Part shown: positions 37,894 through 47,504 of the stretch, in pieces | Position numbering within the stretch: the stretch's first letter is position 1 | Layout: every line of letters starts with the position of its first letter | NCBI GenBank assembly: GCA_042576345.1 | Contig: JBHPCE010000001.1 | Span: 1-61,831, forward strand | Reading direction: 5' to 3' | From: Candidatus Babelota bacterium | Lineage (GTDB): Bacteria > Babelota > Babeliae > Babelales > GCA-2401785 | DNA: 61,831 nt | Made by a program: the position numbers and the translations under genes | Notes under the pieces: generated by a model | Told to the model about the DNA's origin: nothing | What the model saw: only the letters and a program-made list of their open reading frames with translations | Databases searched by the model: none

Positions 37894-39297
37894 TTGGTTA
37901 TGGGAACAAGGGCAGGAGGCCAAATTTCACAAAAACCAGGTTCTGGCAAGGGCGAAAATTATACAAAAATAATTCGATACTGGATACCCGAACTTTTGTC
38001 ATCGACACTTCTCTTTTCGCTTCCCTTCATCCTGGACGCATATTTTGTTGCAAAACTTAGATCCACATCAACCTATGGAGCCCTTGGTGTTGCAAGCTCC
38101 CTTATGCACACTTTGATGAAGTTTTCAGAAGCAATCATGGTCGCTTCAGTTTTTATCATCGGAAAACACAATGGAGCAGGTAACCAAAAAGAGTGTGGTA
38201 AATCTCTAGGAGACGCTTTCTGGAGCACCGTCATCCTTGGCTCCATACAATTCGTAGCAGTTTTTTCGGCATCTAGCCACTTTTTTCACTGGGTTGGGGT
38301 GTCTGAAAAAATTGCAAGAGTTGGAATTCCGTTTCTTAAAATTCAATCATTGGCAGTATTTTTTGCCTTTATTTTCCAAGCTTTCTTAGGTTTTTTCAGA
38401 GGTGTTAAAAACACGAAAACTCCTTTTTACATCAACTTAATTGGCGTTGCCGCATTCATACTTCTGGACTACCTTTTCATTTTTGGAAAATTCGGCATCC
38501 CAGAAATGGGCCTAATGGGATCAGCAATAGCCTCGCTTGCAAGGTTTTTTCTTCTCACAATCATTGCAGTCGCATACATCCTTGTTTCAAAAAAATACAG
38601 GGCATACTTTGATCAATCTTTTTTCAGATCTTGTAGACCAAAAAACATGATAAAACTTATAAAATTAAGTATTCCCGTAATGCTCGACAAAACAGCTCTT
38701 GCAACATCATACATTTGGCTTTTTAAAATGGCTGCTCCTCTTGGAACACTGGCACTTGCATCGATGAACGCGATATACAATCTTGAACGTTTCGCATTTT
38801 TGCCGGCAATCGCATTTGCCCAAATTGTCACATTCTTGGTCAGCAACAGCCTTGGCGCAAAAGATTATAAATCGGCACAGGAAAATATAAAAAAAGTACT
38901 TTTTCTCTCCATGTTCTTTGTCATGGTTGCGCTTGCTGTACTCTGCTGGAATGCAGAGCTTTTTATTGGAATATTCGACCATAAATGTGATTTTACTGCT
39001 TTTGCCGCATCGGCTTTAACCATCCTGAGCCCTCTTGTTGCATTCGACTTGTTGCAACTGATTTTTGCAGCATCGCTCAGAGGCGCCGGAAACATGAACA
39101 CCGTCATGTGGACACGCATCATAGGCTGCGGGCTTTTCTTTGTTCCCCTCTCAAGGTCAATTCACTGGCTCCCCATTACGGACGAATGGGTCAAGTTTGT
39201 GCTCATCTACGGCACTTTCTACCTTAACACAGCTTTAATGTCCCTGGTTTTCATGATCAAAATCTGGAACAACGGCTGGGATAAGAAAGAACTTTAA
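37894..39297 (+). CDS. MATE-family efflux transporter
   Basis: It has 12-TM-like hydropathy. The MATE-type N-terminus reads IIRYWIPELLSSTLLFSLPFILDAYFVAKL...ALGVASSL. The ATG at 37900 is an alternative start. Confidence 0.7.
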   Translation: MVMGTRAGGQISQKPGSGKGENYTKIIRYWIPELLSSTLLFSLPFILDAYFVAKLRSTSTYGALGVASSLMHTLMKFSEAIMVASVFIIGKHNGAGNQKECGKSLGDAFWSTVILGSIQFVAVFSASSHFFHWVGVSEKIARVGIPFLKIQSLAVFFAFIFQAFLGFFRGVKNTKTPFYINLIGVAAFILLDYLFIFGKFGIPEMGLMGSAIASLARFFLLTIIAVAYILVSKKYRAYFDQSFFRSCRPKNMIKLIKLSIPVMLDKTALATSYIWLFKMAAPLGTLALASMNAIYNLERFAFLPAIAFAQIVTFLVSNSLGAKDYKSAQENIKKVLFLSMFFVMVALAVLCWNAELFIGIFDHKCDFTAFAASALTILSPLVAFDLLQLIFAASLRGAGNMNTVMWTRIIGCGLFFVPLSRSIHWLPITDEWVKFVLIYGTFYLNTALMSLVFMIKIWNNGWDKKEL

Positions 39298-39344
39298 CAC
39301 ATAAATCATCTTTTTGACAAAAATAGGCACTTTTCAAAGAAAAT

Positions 39345-39373
39345 TTGACGCAAAATACATATTCTTATAAAAT
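39345..39373 (+). promoter_or_regulatory. Candidate promoter of the Cys-rich protein gene
   Basis: The layout is TTGACG - 17 nt - TAAAAT. It lies about 55 nt upstream of the ATG at 39430. Confidence 0.4.
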
Positions 39374-39429
39374 GTCAGTATAGTTAGCAAGATCTAAATT
39401 TAAACACAATTATTAAAAATAGGTAGAAA

Positions 39430-42400
39430 ATGCTGCAGTTTTATTTTATTAGAAAATTTATACCCGTTTTATGCGTGTATTTCTTAGCATCCACGTTCAT
39501 CTTTAAACAGCAATGTTATTGCACAGATGATATTGTTGAAGTTGCAGAATGTCTTTGTGGATGCGCAAGGGATATGTGTACAGACGGCTGCTGCCAAGTA
39601 AAAGATTGTATTGGTAGCTGTACTTCATGCTCCTGCGGAGGCTGCTCCTTCGATTACTGTGGAGGTTGCGAAAAAGACTGCGGAGCCTTTTGCTCCGGCT
39701 GCTCAGGATTCTGTAGCGGAATCGGAAGTTGTTTCAAGTGTGAATGTGGAGATGGAATAGGCGGAATTTGCAGCGGATGCTGGGATTGTGCCGCTGGTGG
39801 AAGAACTGATCACTACTGGCGTTCCGATAATCTGGACGTCCAAGGTGCATTAACAACATACAGCAACTTTGAACAAGCCAGTAATATGGTTCATCAAGCA
39901 GCTGCTTGTTGCCAACTGTGCGGTCTGGCCGCTTGTGGGCTTGCTTCATGTTGCAGCTCATGCAGTTGTCGCTCATGCTCAGGACCTAGTAAGCCAGTCG
40001 AACATAAACCTATGCCTAAAAAACAAAAAAAAGAATTTAAAAAAACCGTAAAAACCTTAAAGAAAATGGATAAAAAAGCCCGTGAAATAATGCCCCAATG
40101 GCTTAGAGCATACAGTATGGATAAAAGCAAACTGTTACGTAAGATGGATAAAAGCAAACTGTTACGTAAGGCGGAAGACAAACTTCAACATTTTATTGCT
40201 ACCTACGGGCTAAACAAATATTCTGGATTAGCATTATTCAGGGCCACTTACAAAGCCCTTCAACACTCCCCCCCTACAAAAGATGACTATGGTAGTTTAT
40301 GGTCCAAATTAGCCGGATCTATAGACCGCCGCTTTGGAATTCACTCACTTCCAAGTGAAACGCGCACGTTCCATACCGCTAGTGATATATTATCGAAGCA
40401 TAGATTTGGTTATCATAAGCATCTTAGAGACCAACTGATAGGATCCAAAACACCTTGTGGATTAAGCCCATATACCCAAACAGGAAAACAAATATGCGAA
40501 AAACTGCACCTACTCGGCCCTATTCAAGCTACAAATGAACAAGAAGAACAAATAGAAGCCGAACCCAAAGAATTGAAAGAAGAAGATAAACATGGAACAG
40601 AAGGAGCCCCCCACACCCAGCCAAAAAGGTATCTCACATCAACCAAACTCACACAAATGCTCGCGGCAAAACAGATAGCAAAAGCTGTGATTGATGGGAG
40701 AAAAATAAAGAAAAAAAATATCAAAAAGTTAGAACACTCTGCAGGAAGTGTAACAACAACAGCACTTAATACGGTATTAGATCAAATGATGAACCATAAT
40801 TTAACGGACAAAACCACAAAACCCAACAATTATTTAGAAGTTGCTACAAAACTACTGCCAGGCGTTAACCCTGAAATATTTACTGCAAACTGGTGCATTA
40901 AAAGATTAAAAGAAATTAAAGATAGCGCATCACGAAACAATTCCTTATGCCAAATGCTCGGAAAAATTTTTGATTATTGTATAGAAAAAATGGGCTCCGA
41001 AAGCGGGTTAGAGGATTCTAAAATCAGGTTAGAGGCTTCTAAAATCAAGTTAAAAGTAAGATGGTCTTCAACAAATAACGGTGACCATGTCGATGAGCAA
41101 TTAGAACCTACCTACCCTATGCCCAGTTGTAAACAAAGAAGTAAATGGGAAGAGTGTTTTTATCCGATGCCAGAATTGTGGTATCTAATGCCATCTTATT
41201 TTGCAGGAAAACAACGCGATTATATTAAAGATGGAATCGAACAGGCTGTAGTAATGGCTATGCAACCAGACGGTGGTGTGCAAAACTCAATCTTCGAAAG
41301 AATATTTCTCTTTTCACTATTTCCAAGATGGTTAGAGCCCGTGGCCTTTTTAACTAAAGGGAAACCTCAACCAAGGGAACTTGGGCCAATGTTCACTAAA
41401 TTTAGAGATAAATCCTTCAAATTCATGGAAAAATATGAAGATCCTAAGCTTGCTAATACCCCGTTTCTCTTAACAGTCATGAAAAGCGCTAGGCAAGTTG
41501 CACGATTCCATGATCCGACAAAAGAAAAATCCGTAAATGACGCAATGATCCAGGCACTAAAAAGAATCATTAAACCACAAGAATCGTATATCAGAAAGCA
41601 ACTATTTGAATCAATTTTACCACCAAAGGAAGCTCCAGACGAACCAGAGCCAGAGCCAGAGCCAGAACCTGAGCATGAGCCTAAGCCAGAACCAGAGCCG
41701 GAAAAAGAGCCAGAACCAGAGCGAAAGCAACAAGCGGCACTTCCTGTGGTTTCAGACGAGCCTGCTGTAGTTCCAGACGAGCCTGCTGTAGTTCCAGACG
41801 AGCCTGTAGTTCCAGACGAGCCTGCTGTAGTTCCAGACGAGCCTGCTGTAGTTCCAGACGAGCCTGCTGTAGTTCCAGACGAGCCTGCTGTAGTTCCAGA
41901 CGAGCCTGCTGTAGTTCCAGACGAGCCTGCTGTAGTTCCAGACGAGCCTGCTGTAGTTTCAGACGAGCCTGCTGTAGTTCCAGACGAACCAGAGCCAAAG
42001 CCAGAACCAGCAACAACACCAAAGAAAGGTAAAAAAAAATGGCAAAGGTTGGCATTCTTATTAAAAGCCGGCCTTAAGGCCACGGCAACAGCACAGGAAA
42101 CAAATACAAATAGAACTGAAACCGGATCCAGTACGACTCAATCCGAACTCGCTGCGACTATAGACACTCCTGATATAGAAGCGCCAAAAACCAACAAAAC
42201 GCAAACAACGTCATGCCATACCGATTCCACAGCAGTAAAACTAAAAACTTTTATATCAAAGCCGAATGTTGCTGTAGCATTTGTTGGAGGAGCAGCGCTA
42301 ACCACACACTCCATCTGTTTGTTTAATAACGCAATAAAAATAGCAACAACTACACTTGGCATGAGGCCAAACGAGGCCTTTAAATACGCCATCAAAAAGC

Positions 42401-42546
42401 TTGTTCGTCAACTGGCACCGTGGAAAAACCCCGTCAGTGCGGTATGTCTAGCATCTATGATTACTTGTATTGCAGCTGAGTTTTTCCCCAAAAACTCATT
42501 CAATAGCCCAAGATATACCCCTCAGTTATCCGATACAAAGGCCTAA
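39430..42546 (+). CDS. Large secreted/membrane protein with a Cys-rich N-terminal region, a K-rich region, a P/E-rich spacer, DEPAVVP tandem repeats and a C-terminal hydrophobic hairpin
   Basis: The ORF is 1038 aa with an N-terminal hydrophobic segment. Cysteines are dense between about aa 29 and 185. The spacer reads EPEPEPEPEPEH..., followed by 11 DEPAVVP units. Confidence 0.75.
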   Translation: MLQFYFIRKFIPVLCVYFLASTFIFKQQCYCTDDIVEVAECLCGCARDMCTDGCCQVKDCIGSCTSCSCGGCSFDYCGGCEKDCGAFCSGCSGFCSGIGSCFKCECGDGIGGICSGCWDCAAGGRTDHYWRSDNLDVQGALTTYSNFEQASNMVHQAAACCQLCGLAACGLASCCSSCSCRSCSGPSKPVEHKPMPKKQKKEFKKTVKTLKKMDKKAREIMPQWLRAYSMDKSKLLRKMDKSKLLRKAEDKLQHFIATYGLNKYSGLALFRATYKALQHSPPTKDDYGSLWSKLAGSIDRRFGIHSLPSETRTFHTASDILSKHRFGYHKHLRDQLIGSKTPCGLSPYTQTGKQICEKLHLLGPIQATNEQEEQIEAEPKELKEEDKHGTEGAPHTQPKRYLTSTKLTQMLAAKQIAKAVIDGRKIKKKNIKKLEHSAGSVTTTALNTVLDQMMNHNLTDKTTKPNNYLEVATKLLPGVNPEIFTANWCIKRLKEIKDSASRNNSLCQMLGKIFDYCIEKMGSESGLEDSKIRLEASKIKLKVRWSSTNNGDHVDEQLEPTYPMPSCKQRSKWEECFYPMPELWYLMPSYFAGKQRDYIKDGIEQAVVMAMQPDGGVQNSIFERIFLFSLFPRWLEPVAFLTKGKPQPRELGPMFTKFRDKSFKFMEKYEDPKLANTPFLLTVMKSARQVARFHDPTKEKSVNDAMIQALKRIIKPQESYIRKQLFESILPPKEAPDEPEPEPEPEPEHEPKPEPEPEKEPEPERKQQAALPVVSDEPAVVPDEPAVVPDEPVVPDEPAVVPDEPAVVPDEPAVVPDEPAVVPDEPAVVPDEPAVVPDEPAVVSDEPAVVPDEPEPKPEPATTPKKGKKKWQRLAFLLKAGLKATATAQETNTNRTETGSSTTQSELAATIDTPDIEAPKTNKTQTTSCHTDSTAVKLKTFISKPNVAVAFVGGAALTTHSICLFNNAIKIATTTLGMRPNEAFKYAIKKLVRQLAPWKNPVSAVCLASMITCIAAEFFPKNSFNSPRYTPQLSDTKA
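40117..40170 (+). repeat. Perfect 27-bp tandem duplication (MDKSKLLRK x2)
   Basis: The unit atggataaaagcaaactgttacgtaag occurs twice in tandem. Confidence 0.9.
41755..41982 (+). repeat. In-frame 21-bp tandem repeat array (11 units, one of them 18 bp)
   Basis: The unit is gacgagcctgctgtagttcca (DEPAVVP). The units are nearly identical; one lacks gct and one has ttt for ttc. Confidence 0.95.
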
Positions 42547-42664
42547 CGGCATAACCAAATTGACAAAATCACAACATAAGTTATTATCTTTGCAATGCCA
42601 CTTTGGCAAAGTCTTTTCGCAATGCTGTCTAACTAATCACTAAATTGTGCACTAAGGAGTCCTC

Positions 42665-43987
42665 ATGGTAAAAGATCTTTTATACTTGATAAGCGATCAT
42701 GTCCTTTGGATTCCTTTTACTTTCATGTTTGGAGTAAGTGTCCTCCTAACAATAAAATCTCGTTTTGTTCAGATAAGAGCTCTACCAAAAATTTTCAAAA
42801 TACTTTTTTCAAAAACAAAACCATGCAACAGTTTATGCGGACATACGATATCACCTAGAAGCGCACTCTTTGTATCGCTATCCACGTGCATTGGAATGGG
42901 TAATATTGCAGGTCCCATCATAGCCATAGGGCTTGGAGGTCCTGGTGCACTTGCAGGATTTATAGTTGCATCTTTGTTTGGTTCTGCAGTGGGTTTTGTA
43001 GAGGTTTATCTTTCAATATCTCACAGAAAAAAACGTAAAGATGGATCGATTCAGGGCGGAGCAATGCCATATCTAGATTCGTATTTCAAACCTTGGCTTG
43101 CAACTTTGTACGCATACTCCATGGGAGTCTTAATGCTTTCCTGGTCAGCAAGTCAGGCCAACCAGCTAGCGGTTCTTTTAGAAACAAAAGGCATCCCGAC
43201 AATGGCCACAGGAATACTTTTGACAATAGCTGTAACATTCATTTTAATCGGGGGCATTACACGTCTTGGAGCACTGTGTAACAAACTAGTACCAACTATG
43301 TTTGTAGGGTATTGCATTGCAACTCTTTGGATAATTTGCGTTAACTACCAAAATATCCCATACACATTCAAATTGATGTTTTCCGCTCTATTTTCTCCTG
43401 TTGGCATTACAGGAATTACAATGGGCTATGGCATGCAACAGGCCATTAGATGGGGCCTTGCACGAGCTATGCAGGCAACAGAAACGGGAACCGGAGCCTT
43501 AACTTTTCCACACTCAACTGCAAGAAACACAACACCTTACAATCAGGGGATTTTGGCTATAGCGACAACTTTTGGAAACGGAATCATATGCCTTTTAACT
43601 GGTCTGACAATTATGACAAGCGGCGTTTGGACACAACCAGGCGCAACTTTTGATGTCAGAATGTTTACCAGCGTGCTTGCGACACATTTCCCAGTGTTTG
43701 GGCCAAATATATTTATTTTTTGTTCGCTACTTTTTGCATTTGGAACAGTTGTTGGTAACAACTACAATGGAAGTGAGTGTTTTCTCCACTTAACCCGCAA
43801 CAGGTGGATATGGCTGTACCACGCAATCTCTGGACTTGCGGTTTTTGTTGGATGCATCATGGATGTTAAATTCATATGGACTTTGATAGATTTTTTCATA
43901 CTCCCAGTTGTCATACCGCATATGATTGCTATAGTAATTCTCGCCTTTAGAAAAGGAAAAATTCAATATCAAGAGGATGCATCATGA
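42665..43987 (+). CDS. Sodium:alanine (amino acid carrier, AGCS) family symporter
   Basis: It has an AGCS-like N-terminus (VLWIPFTFMFGVSVLLTIKSRFVQIRALPKIF) and the box GLGGPGALAGF. The RBS AAGGAG lies upstream. Confidence 0.7.
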   Translation: MVKDLLYLISDHVLWIPFTFMFGVSVLLTIKSRFVQIRALPKIFKILFSKTKPCNSLCGHTISPRSALFVSLSTCIGMGNIAGPIIAIGLGGPGALAGFIVASLFGSAVGFVEVYLSISHRKKRKDGSIQGGAMPYLDSYFKPWLATLYAYSMGVLMLSWSASQANQLAVLLETKGIPTMATGILLTIAVTFILIGGITRLGALCNKLVPTMFVGYCIATLWIICVNYQNIPYTFKLMFSALFSPVGITGITMGYGMQQAIRWGLARAMQATETGTGALTFPHSTARNTTPYNQGILAIATTFGNGIICLLTGLTIMTSGVWTQPGATFDVRMFTSVLATHFPVFGPNIFIFCSLLFAFGTVVGNNYNGSECFLHLTRNRWIWLYHAISGLAVFVGCIMDVKFIWTLIDFFILPVVIPHMIAIVILAFRKGKIQYQEDAS

Positions 43988-44262
43988 GTGATTTGAGCAC
44001 ACAGGAACTCGAAAAACTTGCTAAGCTTTCTGGCCTTGCACTTAGCGAGGAAGAATCAAAAGCATTTGAAGGACAACTTAAGCAGCTTTTAGATTACACA
44101 GAAGAAATCACTAATTTATCTCTCGGGGCAGAAGTAGAGGCCACCAGAAGCGTTAATGTTTTTAGAGAAGACAAGGTGATCAAAAAGAAAACTGATGATG
44201 TCACAGGAACTGTTTCGAAATTTGAAAACAATTACTTTGTTGTTCCAAAAGTGCTCGACTAG
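43984..44262 (+). CDS. gatC: Asp/Glu-tRNA amidotransferase subunit C
   Basis: The translation reads LSTQELEKLAKLSGLALSEEESKAFEGQLKQLLDYTEEI. The length is 92 aa. The start overlaps the upstream stop (ATGA). Confidence 0.85.
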   Translation: MSDLSTQELEKLAKLSGLALSEEESKAFEGQLKQLLDYTEEITNLSLGAEVEATRSVNVFREDKVIKKKTDDVTGTVSKFENNYFVVPKVLD

Positions 44263-44274
44263 GGAGAGTTTGCT

Positions 44275-45705
44275 TTGAAAGCTTTCGATACAATCAAGGA
44301 AATCAAAGAGAAAATAGAAAACCGCGAGATCTCGCCATCTGAGGTAACCGCATTTTTCAGGGAAAGACTCAAAAAATATAATCCAGAACTAAACGTTGCA
44401 ATCGAGATATTCGAGGACACAAAACAAGAAAATATTGAGTCAGGCCTTTTAGGCGGCATCCCCGGAATTTTAAAGGATAATATTTGCCAGAAACGAAGGG
44501 TGACTTCCGCCGGCTCCAAAATTTTAAAAAATTTTAAAGCTCCGTATGATGCCGCGGTCTCGAAAAGACTGAAAGCCGCAGGTGCACCGATAATCGGCCG
44601 CGCAAATTGCGACGAATTTGCAATGGGCTGTACTGGAGAATTCACCGCATACGGACCGACAAAAAATCCCTGGAATACTGCACATGTTCCGGGAGGCTCA
44701 AGTTCTGGATCTGCAGCGGCTGTTGCAGCTGGACTTGTTCCGTGGGCGATTGGAACTGAAACTGGAGGCTCTGTTAGACAACCTGCAGCTTTTTGTAATC
44801 TTGTGGGTCTGTACCCTACTTACGGCCTGCATTCAAGATACGGAATCATTGCATTCGGCTCTTCACTCGACCAGCCAGGTCCAATCACAAGAACTGTTTA
44901 CGACAACGCTCTTTTGACTTCAGTTATTGCTGGACATGATCCAAAAGATTCAACATCTCTTCCCGAGCCCAAACGCGACTACACAAGGAAATTGAACGGC
45001 AAGTTACCCGAAAACATAACGATTGGCATCATAAAAGATTCGATTGAATCTGAGGGTGTTTGCGAGGAAGTTAAAAAATCTTTTAAAAACAGTGTTCACG
45101 AACTTGAAAAACTCGGGGCAAAAATTAAGTATATCGACATCCCGGACCTCAAGTATGGAATCTCTGTGTACTTCGTCATCAGCCGCGCAGAGGCGGCATC
45201 AAACCTCTCTCGAATCGACGGTGCAATAATCGGTGATAGAGTGGACTCAGACACTCTTGGAGAAATGTACATTAAAACCAGAAGTGAAGGGTTTGGCCCT
45301 GAAGTAAAACGTAGAATTTTAATGGGTAACTACGTACTTTCTGCCGCCCACAGAAGCTTTTACGAAAAGGCCTCTCACGTCAGAGCAATGATTCGAGCAG
45401 AGTTCGAAAAAGCGCTCAGTGAAGTTGATATCCTGACAAGTCCGACAACATCTGCACTTCCCTTTGAATTTGGACAATTAGAAACCGATCCTTTGAAAAT
45501 TTATATGGGAGACTACTTCAATTGCCCAAGCTGTGTTGCAGGACTTCCTGCCATTTCTGTGCCTTCGGGATTCTCTCAAAGCGGCCTTCCAATTGGGATC
45601 CAGTTCATAGGACCAAGGCTTTCGGAGGAAATGTTGTTCCAGGTTGGACATGCCTACGAAAAACACCATCCACTCTACAAAAAACACCCGGAAGGCTATG
45701 AATAA
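44275..45705 (+). CDS. gatA: Asp/Glu-tRNA amidotransferase subunit A
   Basis: It has the amidase signature GGSSSGSAAAVAAG and the box GTETGGSVRQPAAFC. The TTG start follows AGGGAGAG. Confidence 0.9.
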   Translation: MKAFDTIKEIKEKIENREISPSEVTAFFRERLKKYNPELNVAIEIFEDTKQENIESGLLGGIPGILKDNICQKRRVTSAGSKILKNFKAPYDAAVSKRLKAAGAPIIGRANCDEFAMGCTGEFTAYGPTKNPWNTAHVPGGSSSGSAAAVAAGLVPWAIGTETGGSVRQPAAFCNLVGLYPTYGLHSRYGIIAFGSSLDQPGPITRTVYDNALLTSVIAGHDPKDSTSLPEPKRDYTRKLNGKLPENITIGIIKDSIESEGVCEEVKKSFKNSVHELEKLGAKIKYIDIPDLKYGISVYFVISRAEAASNLSRIDGAIIGDRVDSDTLGEMYIKTRSEGFGPEVKRRILMGNYVLSAAHRSFYEKASHVRAMIRAEFEKALSEVDILTSPTTSALPFEFGQLETDPLKIYMGDYFNCPSCVAGLPAISVPSGFSQSGLPIGIQFIGPRLSEEMLFQVGHAYEKHHPLYKKHPEGYE

Positions 45706-46675
45706 GATTGATAATTTTTGGACTCAAAAAATAAATATCGGCAAACTTTCTATTCCAAGGTTTATGTCGGCACCAATGGACGGCATAACCGACTCTCCTT
45801 TCAGAAGGCTGATCAGAAAATATTCACCAGAAGAACTGGTTTTCGGGGAAATGTGTCATGTGGCGACCGCCGCACACAACAAAAAAAGCTCTCTTTTAAA
45901 ATTTGATAAAATCGAGCATCCCATCTGCTTTCAATTTTCCAACAACAGACCTCTTTTCATAGAAGAAGCGGTCAACCGCGTTATAGACCTCGGTTTCGAC
46001 ATGATCGACATGAACTCCGGATGTCCCGCAAGACAAGTTATAAAATCCGGCTCCGGCTCTGCCCTGATGGCCAACATTCCAATGCTAATAAAACTTTTAA
46101 AAAGAACTAGGGAAGTTATAGACGGAAGAGTTCCATTTTCAATAAAAATCAGAGCTGGATTTAAAGAAAAAAATGCCCTAGATGTAGCTCTTGCAGCGCA
46201 AGATACCGGTATTGACATGATCACAATACATCCAAGGCTCCAGACAGGCGGCTTCACTTCTACACTAGACATCGACCTTGTCGCACAAATAAAAAAGAAA
46301 ATATCGGTTCCTTTAGTTTTTTCTGGAAACATCAATTCTTTTGCGAGAGCGAAAAAGATGTACGATTTTACCGGCGTTGATGGATTCATGATCGGCCGCG
46401 CCTTATGGGGCGCTCCATGGAAAATTCTGGAAATCCACACAGAAATGCTTGGCGAAAAATTTGAAGTTGGACACAGGCAAGCCGTACAATGCGCCATTGA
46501 ACACCTAAAGCTGAATATTGAGCATTACGGAGAAGCTGGGGTACAAAAAATTAAGCAACAACTCCCGCAATACATCCGTGGAGTCAAAAACGCTGCAAAA
46601 ATGCGAAATACGCTTGTTCGAATAAATGATCGGGAAGAAATGCTACACACCCTTGAACATCTCTCTGAAGAGTAA
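45698..46675 (+). CDS. dus: tRNA-dihydrouridine synthase
   Basis: It carries APMDGITDSPFRRL, IDMNSGCPARQV and ITIHPR. The start is set at the ATG at 45698, which overlaps the gatA stop. Confidence 0.85.
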   Translation: MNKIDNFWTQKINIGKLSIPRFMSAPMDGITDSPFRRLIRKYSPEELVFGEMCHVATAAHNKKSSLLKFDKIEHPICFQFSNNRPLFIEEAVNRVIDLGFDMIDMNSGCPARQVIKSGSGSALMANIPMLIKLLKRTREVIDGRVPFSIKIRAGFKEKNALDVALAAQDTGIDMITIHPRLQTGGFTSTLDIDLVAQIKKKISVPLVFSGNINSFARAKKMYDFTGVDGFMIGRALWGAPWKILEIHTEMLGEKFEVGHRQAVQCAIEHLKLNIEHYGEAGVQKIKQQLPQYIRGVKNAAKMRNTLVRINDREEMLHTLEHLSEE

Positions 46676-46691
46676 ATTTGAGGCTTTACAA

Positions 46692-47504
46692 ATGACAAAC
46701 GCAAGTCGCTGGAAGCTACTAAAGCTCGCTCTTGTATTCATCGTCATCGCATTTTTATTTAAACAACCAAAGATTCTCAAAAAAATCACATCGGTAGCCA
46801 CTTTTCCAATAATTTTTGTGGCATCAAAAATTACCATGCCCTTTAAAAAGGCATTTAGAAAAATCAAACAAATACTTACAAAAAATAGCAAAATAGCGTC
46901 TCTCATAAACGAAAACGAATCTTTGATAGAAGAAAATGTACACCTGAGAGCTACCATCGATTACCTTGAAAGAAGTGCAGATCTTTTCTCGTTTACACAA
47001 CGTTACTCTCAAAAAAATCTTGTACTAAGCCAAATTTTGCTGACAAATTTTTCGCCGGAAGGACACTACTTTTTTATCGACAAGGGAAGTTCTAGCGGCG
47101 TAACCAAAGAATCTTGCGCCGTCTTTAAATCTCATCTTCTTGGAAAAGTGGAGGAAGTTTTCCGCAATCACAGCCTCGTAAGAATAATCACAGACAAAAA
47201 ATGTAAAGTTGCCGCAAGGATTTCCAGAAAAAACACTCTGTGCCTCAGTACAGGCAACACCAGAGCCCTGGAGTTTGATGTTTGCTGCGTTCAAAACACA
47301 AGAAACCTAAAAATTGGCGATCTTGTCATTTCCAGCGGAAAAGGAATGATTGTCCCAGAAGGCTTTGTTTTGGGCAAAATAATTGAAATTTTACCACCCA
47401 CTTCACAATCAATCTCCGATGACTGGAAAATTAAAGCAAAACCACTTGTTGATATTAAAAACTTAGAATTTTGTCACATAATTCCGTACGAAGGATTAAT
47501 TTAA
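46692..47504 (+). CDS. mreC: Rod shape-determining protein MreC
   Basis: It has an N-terminal TM segment, a coiled segment ENESLIEENVHLRATIDYLE, and the C-terminal box LVISSGKGMIVPEGFVLGKIIEI. The start is set at the internal ATG at 46692. Confidence 0.75.
   Translation: MTNASRWKLLKLALVFIVIAFLFKQPKILKKITSVATFPIIFVASKITMPFKKAFRKIKQILTKNSKIASLINENESLIEENVHLRATIDYLERSADLFSFTQRYSQKNLVLSQILLTNFSPEGHYFFIDKGSSSGVTKESCAVFKSHLLGKVEEVFRNHSLVRIITDKKCKVAARISRKNTLCLSTGNTRALEFDVCCVQNTRNLKIGDLVISSGKGMIVPEGFVLGKIIEILPPTSQSISDDWKIKAKPLVDIKNLEFCHIIPYEGLI

Noticed and set aside
41367-42083. A 238-aa G/S/T-rich ORF, and a second 124-aa ORF, lie antisense to the DEPAVVP repeat array.
   Set aside because: These are shadow ORFs created by the tandem repeat and the EP-rich tract on the coding strand. 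They have no start context and overlap a much longer, coherent gene.
45931-46497. A 188-aa minus-strand ORF lies inside dus.
   Set aside because: The plus strand carries unambiguous Dus motifs, so this is an antisense shadow.
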